From: Carcharhinus amblyrhynchos
Lineage: Eukaryota
DNA length: 64,000 nt
Reading direction: 5' to 3'
NCBI GenBank assembly: GCA_965287045.1
Contig: OZ336880.1
Location: 40,982,001-41,046,000 of the forward strand
Program-made: the position numbers and the translations under genes
Notes under the pieces: model-generated
Database searches by the model: none
Told to the model about the DNA's origin: nothing
What the model saw: the letters and a program-made list of their open reading frames with translations, nothing else
Shown here: positions 11,701 through 23,700 of the stretch, piece by piece
Layout: the number at the start of each line of letters is the position of its first letter
How positions within the stretch are numbered: position 1 is the stretch's first letter

Positions 11701-14700
11701 ATTATGTTACTATCTCACTACAGATGCTAAGACACCAGCAGATGAAGCCGGCAGGGGTAGAGGCTTCCTCAGAGGTGAGAGGGGATATCAAGCACTTAGT
11801 CACAACTAAGGATCCATGCATGATTGTACACATATATTTGTTTCACAAGCACTACCAAACATTAAGTTGCAAACACATGCAATATTCCAACATAACATGC
11901 CAATTTAAGACAAATCATTGAATTATACTGCTGTTAAACAGAACTTTATTTAAATTTAATTCATATATTAGTAAAAAGAAATCCATTAAGTGTTATGGTA
12001 CATTTCAGTTACTTTAGAACTTAATTTGTCATATCAATTTGCATGCTCTTCCGATTACAAAAATGATTGTGGCTGCGTAGACTCGATAGCAGACCCTAGA
12101 TTAATATTGCATTGCTTACTTTTGCATGAACTGTCCTCTCTTTATATGCTTGCAGCTCCAAAGAGTAATAATTGAAGTTTAAATATACCTATTTACCAAG
12201 CATGAGTAATCAGTTTGTATACTGCACCTGATTATTGGCCAGAACTGATGTTGGTGGAGGAGAACTTAGCATGAAAGCTAAGTGAAGAAACATACACAAT
12301 GTTTCAATGTCCTGATCGCCTTACTAGAATCTAAAACTTTAATGCATGCATTTCATTTTCTATTTGCGTGAAAACTTGTGTTTCTGGCTGTATTGAGTAG
12401 TTCCTACTTGAATAAAATTATGCTGCCTGAAGACTGATTATGAATCATTGGTGCTCCTTGGCAAATAGCAAATATGCCAGTGCTGAAATTATATTGGCTG
12501 TATATTATGCAAATCTTACAACCTGAAAGCATGATGAAATGCGTAGACTTTGAAGGATGAGTTTCAATGCACCATTTTACCTCAGAAAACCAAGTTTACA
12601 GAGTTTGATCTCTTAGTCAGTCAGTCACATTGCTCTGCTTGCATCACTCTTTTCTTTTCCAACTGAAAATGGCACATGGCATCTAAATGTCTGGTTCGCA
12701 TCAAACCATCTTCAGAAGCATGCAAAAAAAAGCAACAAGTAAAACTGAATATATTTATGTTCAACTCTAAATTTTAGCAAAAAAGACACCATCGCCTGGA
12801 GAGGGAGACAAGAAGCCACTTAAACCGGGTGGAGGAAGGCCACCCTCAGAGGAACCACCTTTTGCAGGATTCCAGCTCAAAGCGGTCCCACTGAAATTTG
12901 TCAAAGAGTTGAAAGATATTGTGCTGGAGGAAGCTGAGTCTATAGGGTCTTCTGCCGTCTTTGAATGCCAGATCTCCCCATCTACAGCATTAACATCATG
13001 GATGAAGGATGGAAGCACTGTGAGAGAAAGTCCTAAATACAAATTTACCTCCGATGGCAAAGATAGAAAGTTACAGATTATTGACGTGCAGCTTTCAGAT
13101 ACTGGTGAATATTGCTGTGTTGGTCGCCTTGGCAAACAAGAAAAGACATCCACAGCAAAACTAATTGTTGAAGGTACTGAGCATTGCTGTTTGAGATATT
13201 TCACAGCATAAACCATGAGCAAGACTGTGCAATGTATTAAAGTTGTGCAACTTAGGAACCCTGCTGAATAGTTACTTTCAGTCTAATTACTAAGGTCAAA
13301 AGGTCATATACACTGTTACCATGTTATTTCACAAGATTCATCAATTCAGTGTAATCCAAGTACTAGATTTGGATCTTTTAGATGTTATGAAAAGCTTTTG
13401 CCATTTTGTATAATATGAATACTTTGGTTTTTTTATCAAAAATTAATTGATATTTTCCCAAAACATTTTAGAATTGCCAGTGGCATTCTTTAAAACATTG
13501 GATGAGGAAGTAACTGTCTTCAAAGGACAGCCCCTGTACTTGACCTGTGAGCTGACCAAAGAAAAACCAGTGGTTTGGAAGAAGGATGGTGAACCTCTTG
13601 AACCCACATCTGACAGATACACAATTAGCGTCATTGGGCTGCAGCATTCGATTACCATTCCAAGTTCAGATTTTGAGGATGCTGGAGTGTATTCTGTTGA
13701 GACTGCTAACATAAGATGTGAGGGAAAAGTTAATGTACAAGGTTAGTATGTACGTCTTCATATATTTGAAGCAGCAGTAAAGGGATTTGAGGATTTGGTT
13801 TTAGCTTACATATTTTTGTCCATTGTAGAGATTGTGAGGAAGTGGTTTGTTAAACCTGTTCGGGACCAGCGGGTCAAACAGAAAGAAAATGCCGTTTTTC
13901 AATGCGAAATTGCAAAAGACACACCAAATATTAAGTGGTTCAAAGGAGATGAGGAGATTCCAATGGAACCAAATGCAAAAACTGAAATTAAGAAAGTTGG
14001 CAAAATTCTTACTCTCACTGTGAAAAATGCAACACCTGAAGATATGGCTGAATACACAGTGGAGGTGGAAGGACAAGCTTCTACAGCCAACCTGTTTGTT
14101 GATGGTAGGTATTCTATTACTTGGAGAAATGTGCACTCCTTTGCCCTACCAAGCACTGATGATCAGTATTAGAAATAATTTTAGGTGGGGCACACACCAC
14201 TTGTTCATATGTTTAATCTCTACTGTCATAATGTTTAGTCACCATTGTAAATCTCTGTCAGGATTTTCTGTTCTTTTCCTACATGGACTAAAGGAATGTA
14301 GCAGCAGGCTTTAGTCACAAGTGGCCTTTTGAGCTAGATCCTGAACTTCATAGGTACTGACTTGTAGGTAACACTACAGTCAAGTTACTAGTTTAATAAA
14401 ATGTTTCCTATGTTGCTTATCATCATGAAATAGAAATCGCTGATAATTTTTTGACATTCCAATTCTAAAATTAAGTAATTTTACAACCAATGGAAAATTT
14501 CAACCTTTACCTACACAATTAAACCAAATCCGATCTACCCTAGTCCAGTCTTTTCCAGCAATATCCATGACTCTTTCAATGCCCACAGTCACTTTAACAG
14601 TCTCCAATTTTCTAGTGCTAATCATCTTCCCTTCACCATGGACATATATTCTCGCAATATCTCCATCCTCCACCAGAGTAGCTTACATTAACACTGCAAT

Positions 14701-17700
14701 GAAGTTACTGTGAAAATCCCCACACTCTGTTCAGACCAATGCACCTAATCAGCATGTCTTTCAAACTGTGGGAAGAAACCAGAGCATCGGGAGGAAACCC
14801 ACGCAGACACAGGGAGAACACACAAACTCCACGCGGACAGTGACCCAGGCCAGGCAAATCTGGGATCCTGGCGCTGTGGGGCAGCAGTGTTAACCAGTGT
14901 GCCACCATGCCACCCCCTGAAACCCACTGGATCTCACAGCTACCTTGGTCATACTGCCTCATTCCCTGTTTCGATAAGGACAGCATTCTATTTCCCAAGA
15001 TTCCCTGTCTCAGTTGCACCTGATGATGCAACTTGACATGGTTACCACTTCTATGCCATCAACCTTCATATTCAGTGGATCATCCACTGCTGTTTGCACT
15101 ACCTCCACTCACCAAACACCTCTATCCTCCTCTCAGCTTTCACCACTTCGCAGGAACCCTACCCTTCATTACATTCCTAATTCTAATTGCAGATTGTTGT
15201 TGCCAAGTCTGGTATATGTTTTGCAAAACAAGTGGAAATCATACAAATCAGAAATTCACAATCAAGAAAACTTGTGTAGACTTTTCAAGTCTGCTTTTGA
15301 TGGTATTACTTGTGATTGGATATTTTCAGCCTGCTATTCTAATGGGAAAATGACATTGAATGTTCTATTTTAGAACGGGAGATAGACATACTTTCAGAAT
15401 TGCAAAGCGTGGAAGTGTATGAGAAAGAGACAGCCACTTTTGAAACTGAGATCTCTCAAGACGTTCCAGTTGAGTGGAAGCTCAAGGGAGAAATCCTCCG
15501 CCCATCACCTGTAAGCTTTTCTTCAAAGCTTGAATCTTTGTCATTAAAAAAGTGGAATTCAAGATTGTAATACTGTTTTGTAAAAATGTACCTAAATTAT
15601 GATGTTTTTAAAAATTTCAGACCTGTGAAATGAAAGCAGAAGGTGCAAAACGTTTCTTGATCCTTCACGATGTCAAGCTGGACCAAGCTGGTGAAGTTGT
15701 CTTCAAGGCACGCAATGCCACATCCATTGCTTACCTAAGAGTTAAAGGTAACTAATAATCCTTAAAGAAAATGTCAGCGCAGTTTTATTTATGATGAAAA
15801 AAGATGAGAAATTTTAAAGTAGTTTGTTTTTTGTTTGATTAAAATGTAATTTTGCTTGCAGAAATTGAACTTGACTTTGAGGCACCACTAAAAGATGTGA
15901 CTGTTCCTGAAAAGCACCAGGCACGATTTGAGTGTGTGCTTAACAAGGAGGTTCCCAAAATTCTGTGGTCAAAAGGTACCGACATTCTTAAGGCTGGTGA
16001 TAAGTATGATTTAGTTGCTGATGGAAAGAAACACATCCTTGTTATCAATAAGTCAACCTTTGATGACGAAGGAGATTATAGCGCTGAAATTGTGGACAAG
16101 AAATCGACTGCAAAGCTCACTGTAACTGGTGAGTCCTTTTAATTAATTACATTTCATAGTTAAACAATTTGCTGATTTAATGTGTTGGTAATATTTAATT
16201 GATCTGACCTCAGTTTGGCTTATGGTTTGGTAATGTGATAATGTATTTGTGAAGCCTTACTTAAATATTCTGTTGATGATTTTTACATTGTCTCTAGCTG
16301 ACTTAACTTTTGTTTTTCTGAAGCACTGAGAAACCTGTATAATTAAAGATGGAGATCCATCATTCAGAATATCACATACGTAGTATCCTTCTTGTGCAAC
16401 ATGAGGCCATTGAGTTTGCACTGACCCTCCAACAGGGCATCTTACCCAGGCCAACCCCTGTAACCCGGCATATTTAGCGTGGCTAATCTACCTAACCTGC
16501 ACGTCTTGGGACTGTGGAAGGGAACTAGAGCACCCAGAGGAAATTCATGCAGACATGAGGAAAATATGCAACATGCAAACTACATGCATATAGTGACCCA
16601 AGGCCAAAATCAAACACGGGTCCCTGGTGCTGTGAGGCAGTAGTGCTAACCACTGCACCACAGTGCTGCCATATTAGATCAAAGCCCAGGACTGATCCGG
16701 GTTTGGGGAGTTCCCTTACTCTAATGGCAGGCTAGTTAGGCCACTTAAAAAGTACTATATTAAAGAAAGAACTTGTATTTATTTCATCGCTTTCTTCATA
16801 GTTTAGATGTATCAAAGCTCAATGAAATACTTTTGAAGTGTAGCTCCTGTTGGAATGGAGGGAAATAGCAGGGTATAAAAATGTCAATTTCAGTTGATTT
16901 ATTAGTTACACGATTTTGAACTGTACAGTAACCGATCCATGCATTACTTCATATTTCAGGCATGAGGTTGAAGTTCATTACGCCACTGAAAGATCAGACA
17001 GTCAAAGAAGGTAACACAGCTCATTTTGAATTTGAGCTTTCGCATGAAAATCTCCCAGTGACCTGGTACCGGAATGAAGACAAAATTCACCCAAGCAGAA
17101 CAGTTCTGATCTCCACTGATGGGAAGAAGCATGTATTAGAAATTAAAGAAGCAACTCTTGATGATACATGTCAGATACGAGCAGAAGTTGCTCAACTATC
17201 CACAAAAGGACAACTGAATGTCATTGGTAAGAATTTAGTAAAACAATGGTTTGGAATTCTGTTGTGCAGAATGCAATACCAACTGAGGGTGCAGAGAATA
17301 AGGCTGAGGGGGCTCAGGCATTGACATGAACAGGAAGTTCATGTCTGACCTCCAGCATTGGGATCAAAGGTCCAAATTATTCTGGCAGTTGAGGGAAGCA
17401 AGCCAGCAAAACTGACACCAAACAGCAAGAGGGTAATTTTACTGGTTTAGCACATCCTTATAACTCATTAACATGGAAATTTTTGTGATTGAATAGTAGC
17501 TTTAAAATTAACTGTGAACCACATGGGATCACGGGTCTTCAGTTGCCCGGTTGTTTAAACTTGAAAGTGAGCAGGCAGTTTAGTCTATGAGAGGAAGGTG
17601 AGCCACTTAGACCCGCCTGCCATTTTCAGAACAAAGAGGAGGCTATGATGCATCACAGGGAAGATGCAGTCATTATAGAGAAGGTGAGAATCTTTGCAAG

Positions 17701-20700
17701 AATCTGAAGGTCTTTTGAAGAGGATGAGAGTCATTGTGGGGAGGTGAAAGGACATCTCAGGAAGGGAGAAGAGTCACTGTGGGAGGACAAGGGCCATCTC
17801 TTGGTGGTGGGGAAGGGAACAAGAGCAGATTAAATTGCCCGCAGGACCTTGGTGACACATTTCAAACACAGGTACCAGGTGTTTCCTGAAGACTAGGGAC
17901 ACAATGAAGGACTTATCTTTGCCAGGGCAGCGTTGCAACATTTGTGGAGTTTTTAGACCTTACCATGGTCTTGGCCTCTCGGTGTTCCTGGAACCCTTAG
18001 TGAAGAAGTAGCGGTAGTCTGGAACTTCAAAGGAACAAATGGTAGGAGGCCATTGTAAAGTGACTCAGCCTGTGGTTGGATCAAACAGTAAGAACTGTTA
18101 ACAGGAAGCCCAAAGTGATGCAGTCAGGTGACAATCATTGCTGCGTTTCACAGTATACAGGCCTTGCCTGAATTATCTTCAAATATCAGAGGAATGATGC
18201 CAACAAAAGTTCTGAATGTCTTGGGAAGCCATTATGTACCAGTGCGTCCTGCTACAGAATGATCTGCAGCACCTGGAACTTTGAAGAGACCCAATGCCTG
18301 TGACTTTGATGGGCTGGTATCATTAAACTTTTACGCCAATGGCTGTTTCCAGGGTGTCACTGGAGATGTGTGGCATTTATGAGGCAGCTGCTCACCACTG
18401 CGTCATCAAAGTGATCAGTTCCCTGTTGAAGAGAGCCAGAGAGTTAGTGCAATATACGACTGAGAAAGAGAGACATGCCAACAATCTGTGGGCTTCAGGA
18501 CCAGTGCAGGATGTTATCCATCGAATCCATATGGTAATTAGGGCTCCCTGGGAGCAGCCTGTGCTATTTATCACCAGAAGTGGTCCAGCCCATTCACTTG
18601 CAAATGGTGTGGGACCCAGAGGAAACAAATCTTCAGCTTTGTGCTTCAGGTTTCCAGAAATTTCACAAGATGCATACATTCCACACCCCAACCAGATGCC
18701 ACAGATCTTCAAGATCACTACATGCCTACACACATATATAATCACAGAAACAATGCACCATTCCAGCCAAGGAGCATTATAATGAATGCCATTGATCAAC
18801 AAGAGCAATGGCTGAGTAGACCATTGGCTTGTTAAAAATAAAGTATCTGGACTGCTCTTGCAGGACTCTACAATTGGTATCTCAGTGTGTCTCTGGGATT
18901 AATGGCACCTGTGTGCATTGCATAACCTTGCAGCAAAGGGAGGCGGCCTTTGCTGATTCAGGAGCTTGGGGAGTCACACTCCTCATCTGATGATTAAGAT
19001 GGGGAACAGGGAGCAGAACAGGCAGATCATCAGATTGAAGCTCCTTCACCACGTGCAAAGGCAATGAAAAGACCCACAAGAGAAATCCATGAGCTCCACA
19101 CTGACACCAGATTCAAGCAGGCAAAATGCTTTGACAAGCCTTCTGCTTTAGATCTTATGCTCATGCGACCTCCAAATGTCCTTCCAACAGCAACCATTAT
19201 CCATCAAGAAGTAACGTCATTCTTGTCACTCCAACCATGGAGAAGTCAATACTCTGCTTTCACTGATATATACATGCAACTTATTCTGCAAGTACCCATA
19301 TGGCTAACCAGGGGACAACATTAGCATCATCCAAAATACAGAAATAATGGAAATAAGAATACTTAATCACATGCTATTATAAGCTATCAACATGGTGCAT
19401 CTACATGTGGTCTCTCATGCTATCATGCGTGCTCTGACTTGGTATCACTTCAATGTCAACAGCTGAGGTGGAGAGAGAATGGTTGTGCTCATTCTTGTTG
19501 CTCTCTCTGCTTGTTTCTGCCAAGTTCTGAATTCTCTATAGTGATTCCACTGTGCGATGCCCCATGCCTGCGATGACCTTGGTGACCATCCTTTGATTGC
19601 CCGAGCCTAGAAGATCCTGGCAAGCTGAGGGACTCCTGCCTGGATGCTGATGTTTCTTTCATTGCCATGGTTACTGGAGGCGCTAGAGCCAGTGATTGAG
19701 GAGCGGCTGCTCACCTTCTGAGAGCCCTGAGAAGAGCTTCTAGGAGAGGGAGCCTGGTGCTTCTCCTTCATCTCTCTGCTTGACAGCAGCTCCCTATCCA
19801 CTTGAGGAAGAGGGAGACTTCGAGGAATGTCCAGTCATCTCATCCCCCTCTTGCCTGGTCCCTGTTGCAAAGAGCTCATGGCCAATGCAGCAATGACCAG
19901 GTCCTGCAATGTCTGCCGGTCCGAGTACATACCCAGCAGCAACTGAATGGTCTGCTGAATCTGACTCTGCCTGATGGTCACAGCCTCTCCATGGAGAAAA
20001 TCATGCCTGAGACATGGGCAGAATGCTTGGTCAGAATAGACTCCTCCATCATCTGCATATGCCTATACATGGCAGTTCTACTAGATGTTCCTCTGTCTGT
20101 TTTTCCATCACCAGAAGGTTTTTATTGCCTGTCACCAGAGACCCATCATCTGCTAGATGCCCTGTTTGGACCTGGCTTCCAACAATCCTCTGACTATCAG
20201 GTCCCTCAGCTGTTGAAGCTTCTATCAGCTGTTCAGGCATGTCTGGTATGTTCATTCAGTCTGATTCTGAATGGTTATCACATTCATCGAGGTGAATGTA
20301 TCTGCACTGATACATGCACCCCTGAGTCTTCAATGTTATCCTCCTCAAAACTGAAGGGACATGAATGACAGAGCAGTTCCCTCCAGAATTCAAAGAACAC
20401 CAGTGGAGAACACAAAGAATTAGATTCACATTTTGTTCAGGTGTGAAGGGCCAAATGACCTACTCCTGCTCCAATTTTCTGTGTTTTTTATAATCTCACT
20501 TCTCATCCCTTTCTGATACATGTCTCCTTTCTGTCCATTGATGGACACCAACTGGAGACTTCTTCTGTCTCTTCAGTCCCATTTCACTGTCTTCTATTGT
20601 TCAGCTGCCCTGCTCTCTGTCCAGGCTCATTGTCTCCTCCTGTGCTGATATGTGATCTAATGTTAGCCACTGCTCCACCCACCTTTTTTTGTTCTTTGCT

Positions 20701-23700
20701 GTGTGTACTATGTTTTCCTGAGGACAGAAGGGGAACAAATCTCTGCCTAATGGACATCTGACCCCCTGATCATCACGCATTCCTCTGGCAAGGTAATGGG
20801 GCCTGCTGGTTGTCCATTCTCATGACATTTGGACAACAGTGGAAGCATGAACCTTAAACTTGGCGGCCACAGGCATTCAAGCCTCATCTTGTATCTGATG
20901 CTGGGCCTTACACTTCTTTCACCTGTCTTCCTACTCCTTCCTCTCACTGGGGCACATTGCATGTTGCACTCATGAGAGCGATTTTGTTCCAAACATTCAG
21001 TGATGCTCACCCTGGAAACATGGAAGAGGTAGTTGACCCTCTTTCTTCATTCACCTTTGTTCATGTGAGCCATGTGCCACTCCCTGCATGATGCTGATCG
21101 CTGATGAGGCTAGAAGTCTGAAGCATGAACTTGAGATGCTGTTGCAAGAGAGAAAGTTGAGGCTGAAGGCATTGTCAGGATTCCCTTTTGCCTCTGCTAC
21201 ATTGAAGCTTCTGCCTTGTAGTCACTGTCACTCAGAAACGGTTCCTGGACCCCTGACTCTATCAGCTGGTTGGCGTCTTCCTTCCAGCTCCCATTGCAGA
21301 ATTGGCTGGGCCTGGACACCATTGCTTTCATTATCCAAAGCCACCATGTAATTATAGTTGGCCAGTTATCCCTGCCAGTAATGACAATGCCACCCACTCC
21401 AGGTCTGTCACTGGTTGGCACACTACGATGACTAAATTCTGCCTGATATGTTGTGTACAATCCTCTGTGTAACAGAACAGATAAAGAAATGATTTTAAAA
21501 AAGAGGGCATCAGGTATTCCTGATGATTCACTTCTTGAAATGTTTTAACTGTTAACAGGTGTGAGACTCTTTCTCTTCAGGCAGTAAATTAGCTGTTTGT
21601 CTCTCATCCACAGAGGCTGATCCTTATTTCACTGTGAAACTCCAAGATTATACAGCTATCGAGAAAGATGAAGTAATTCTCGAATGTGAACTCAGCAAGG
21701 ACGTGCCTGTAAAATGGATGAAGGATGGCAAGGACATCATAGCTTCAAAGAAAGTTTCAATGAAGGCTGTTGATAAACGCCGTATTGTGACGATCAAAAA
21801 AGTTGACAATAAAGACAAGGGTGACTATGAATGTGACTGTGGAACGGACAAGACAAAAGCCACTTTGAATATTGAAGGTATCGAACTTCTGATTGAGTAC
21901 AAGTAGATTCTTCAACAATTATAAAGTAACATTCTTTCCAGATGTTCAGTTTAAACATCCATTTTTAACATTGTCTGCAGCTCGCATCATCAAGATAGTG
22001 CATCCATTGCATGGTGTAGAAATCTTTGAAGGTGAAACTGCGCACTTTGAAGTGGAGATCTCAGAAACAGATGTGCATCCTCAATGGAAGCTGAAGGGCG
22101 AAAGTTTGTTTATGTCACCTGTAAGTTGTTTCCTTCATTTATCTCAAAGTTAAGCATTCCTACCTCAATGTTGGAATTATTTGGTAATAAGTGATTTCAC
22201 TTCAGAATTATGTTAATTTAATTAAACATTATAAAATCAACTTCCTAATAATGTTCAGTAGAACTCAAGGCCCTGAATATTTGTTCCTCAAGAAAGTTTT
22301 GGGGTAAATTTTCTACAAATAAACATCAACCTAAAATATCTTGGGTGATTTTGTATTGGCAGCAATGTGAGATTATCGAGGATGGCAAGAAACATCTCCT
22401 TACCCTCTACAATTGCAAGCTAAGTGATTCTGGAGAAGTTTTCTTCCAGGCTGCTAATGCTAAGTGCGCAGCTAATCTGAAAGTCAAAGGTAATTTTTAA
22501 TACATTTGGAAGAATTTGTTACTTTTTTCTGAAATTTGAATAATTGTAATTCAGGCTCGTAATGTAGTACTATTGTTCCATTAATTGTATGTGTGATTTA
22601 CATATGTTATATCAGCATATTAAAATATATATATAGGTATGTAATACATATTGTATATATCTATTTGAATAATTGGTCATTTTTTACTTCCTGCACTCCC
22701 ATTCAGAAATTCCACTCACTTTCATTGTACCACTTAATGATGTGAAAGTATATGAGAAAGATGAAGCGAAGTTTGAGTGTGAAGTGTCCAGAGTGCCCAA
22801 GACTTTCCGTTGGCTAAAAGGAATTGAGGAGCTTAAACCTGATGAGAAATTTGAAATTCTATCAGATGGGACAAAACATATGTTGACTGTTAAACAGGCT
22901 GCATATGATGATGAGGCAAAATATATGTTTGAAGCAGAGGACAAGAGGACAAGTGGCAAACTGATTATCCAAGGCAAGAGAATGGAGCAAAAACAATGTC
23001 TGAATTCCTTAGTTAGTTTTCTTGGTGAGACGGCTTGCATTTGATTAAAAATTCCTTTCTTCATAGGCATTCGACTTGAATTTACCAAACCTCTTGAAGA
23101 CCAGACTGTGAAAGAGCGTGAAAGTGCAGAATTTGTCACTGAACTTTCTCATGACAACATACCGGTTGTGTGGTACAAAAATGACAAACGACTGCATCCA
23201 AGTAGGTCCGTGACTATGAAAGATGAGGGTAAAGTCCACTCCATTACATTCAAAGATGTGACTATTGATGATACTTCCCTCATCAAAGTCGAAGCTATGG
23301 CTAAAAGTTCGGAGGCCAAGCTTACTGTAATCGGTAGGTATTGCATATGGAAACGTGTGAATGAATTTTGCTCACCAAATTTTGACACATTACATTTGTT
23401 GTTTGACTTTTTCTCTAATTTGCCTTTTTTTCTGGTTTTCTTAGAGGGTGACCCATACTTTATAAACAAACTGCAGGATTATACAGCTGTAGAAAAGGAT
23501 GATGTTATCTTCCAGTGTGAGATCAGTAAATCTGCTGCTCCAGTTAAGTGGTTTAAGGATGGAAAAGAACTGATTCCTTCAAAGAATATTCAGATTAAAA
23601 CGGATGGGAAGAAGCGTATACTGATTATTAAACGGGCTCAGAAGAGTGACCAGGGACAATATTCATGTGACTGTGGCACTGATAACACATCAGCCAAACT

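Noticed and set aside
18339-20368. ORFs of 138-188 aa as a nested host gene
   Set aside because: They are frameshifted Harbinger remnants or their antisense shadows.
23334-23444. ORF track reads through this 111-nt intron, suggesting one long exon or intron retention
   Set aside because: It has canonical gtaggt and ttag ends with a pyrimidine tract, and the translation is not Ig-like; a stop-free short intron can occur by chance.
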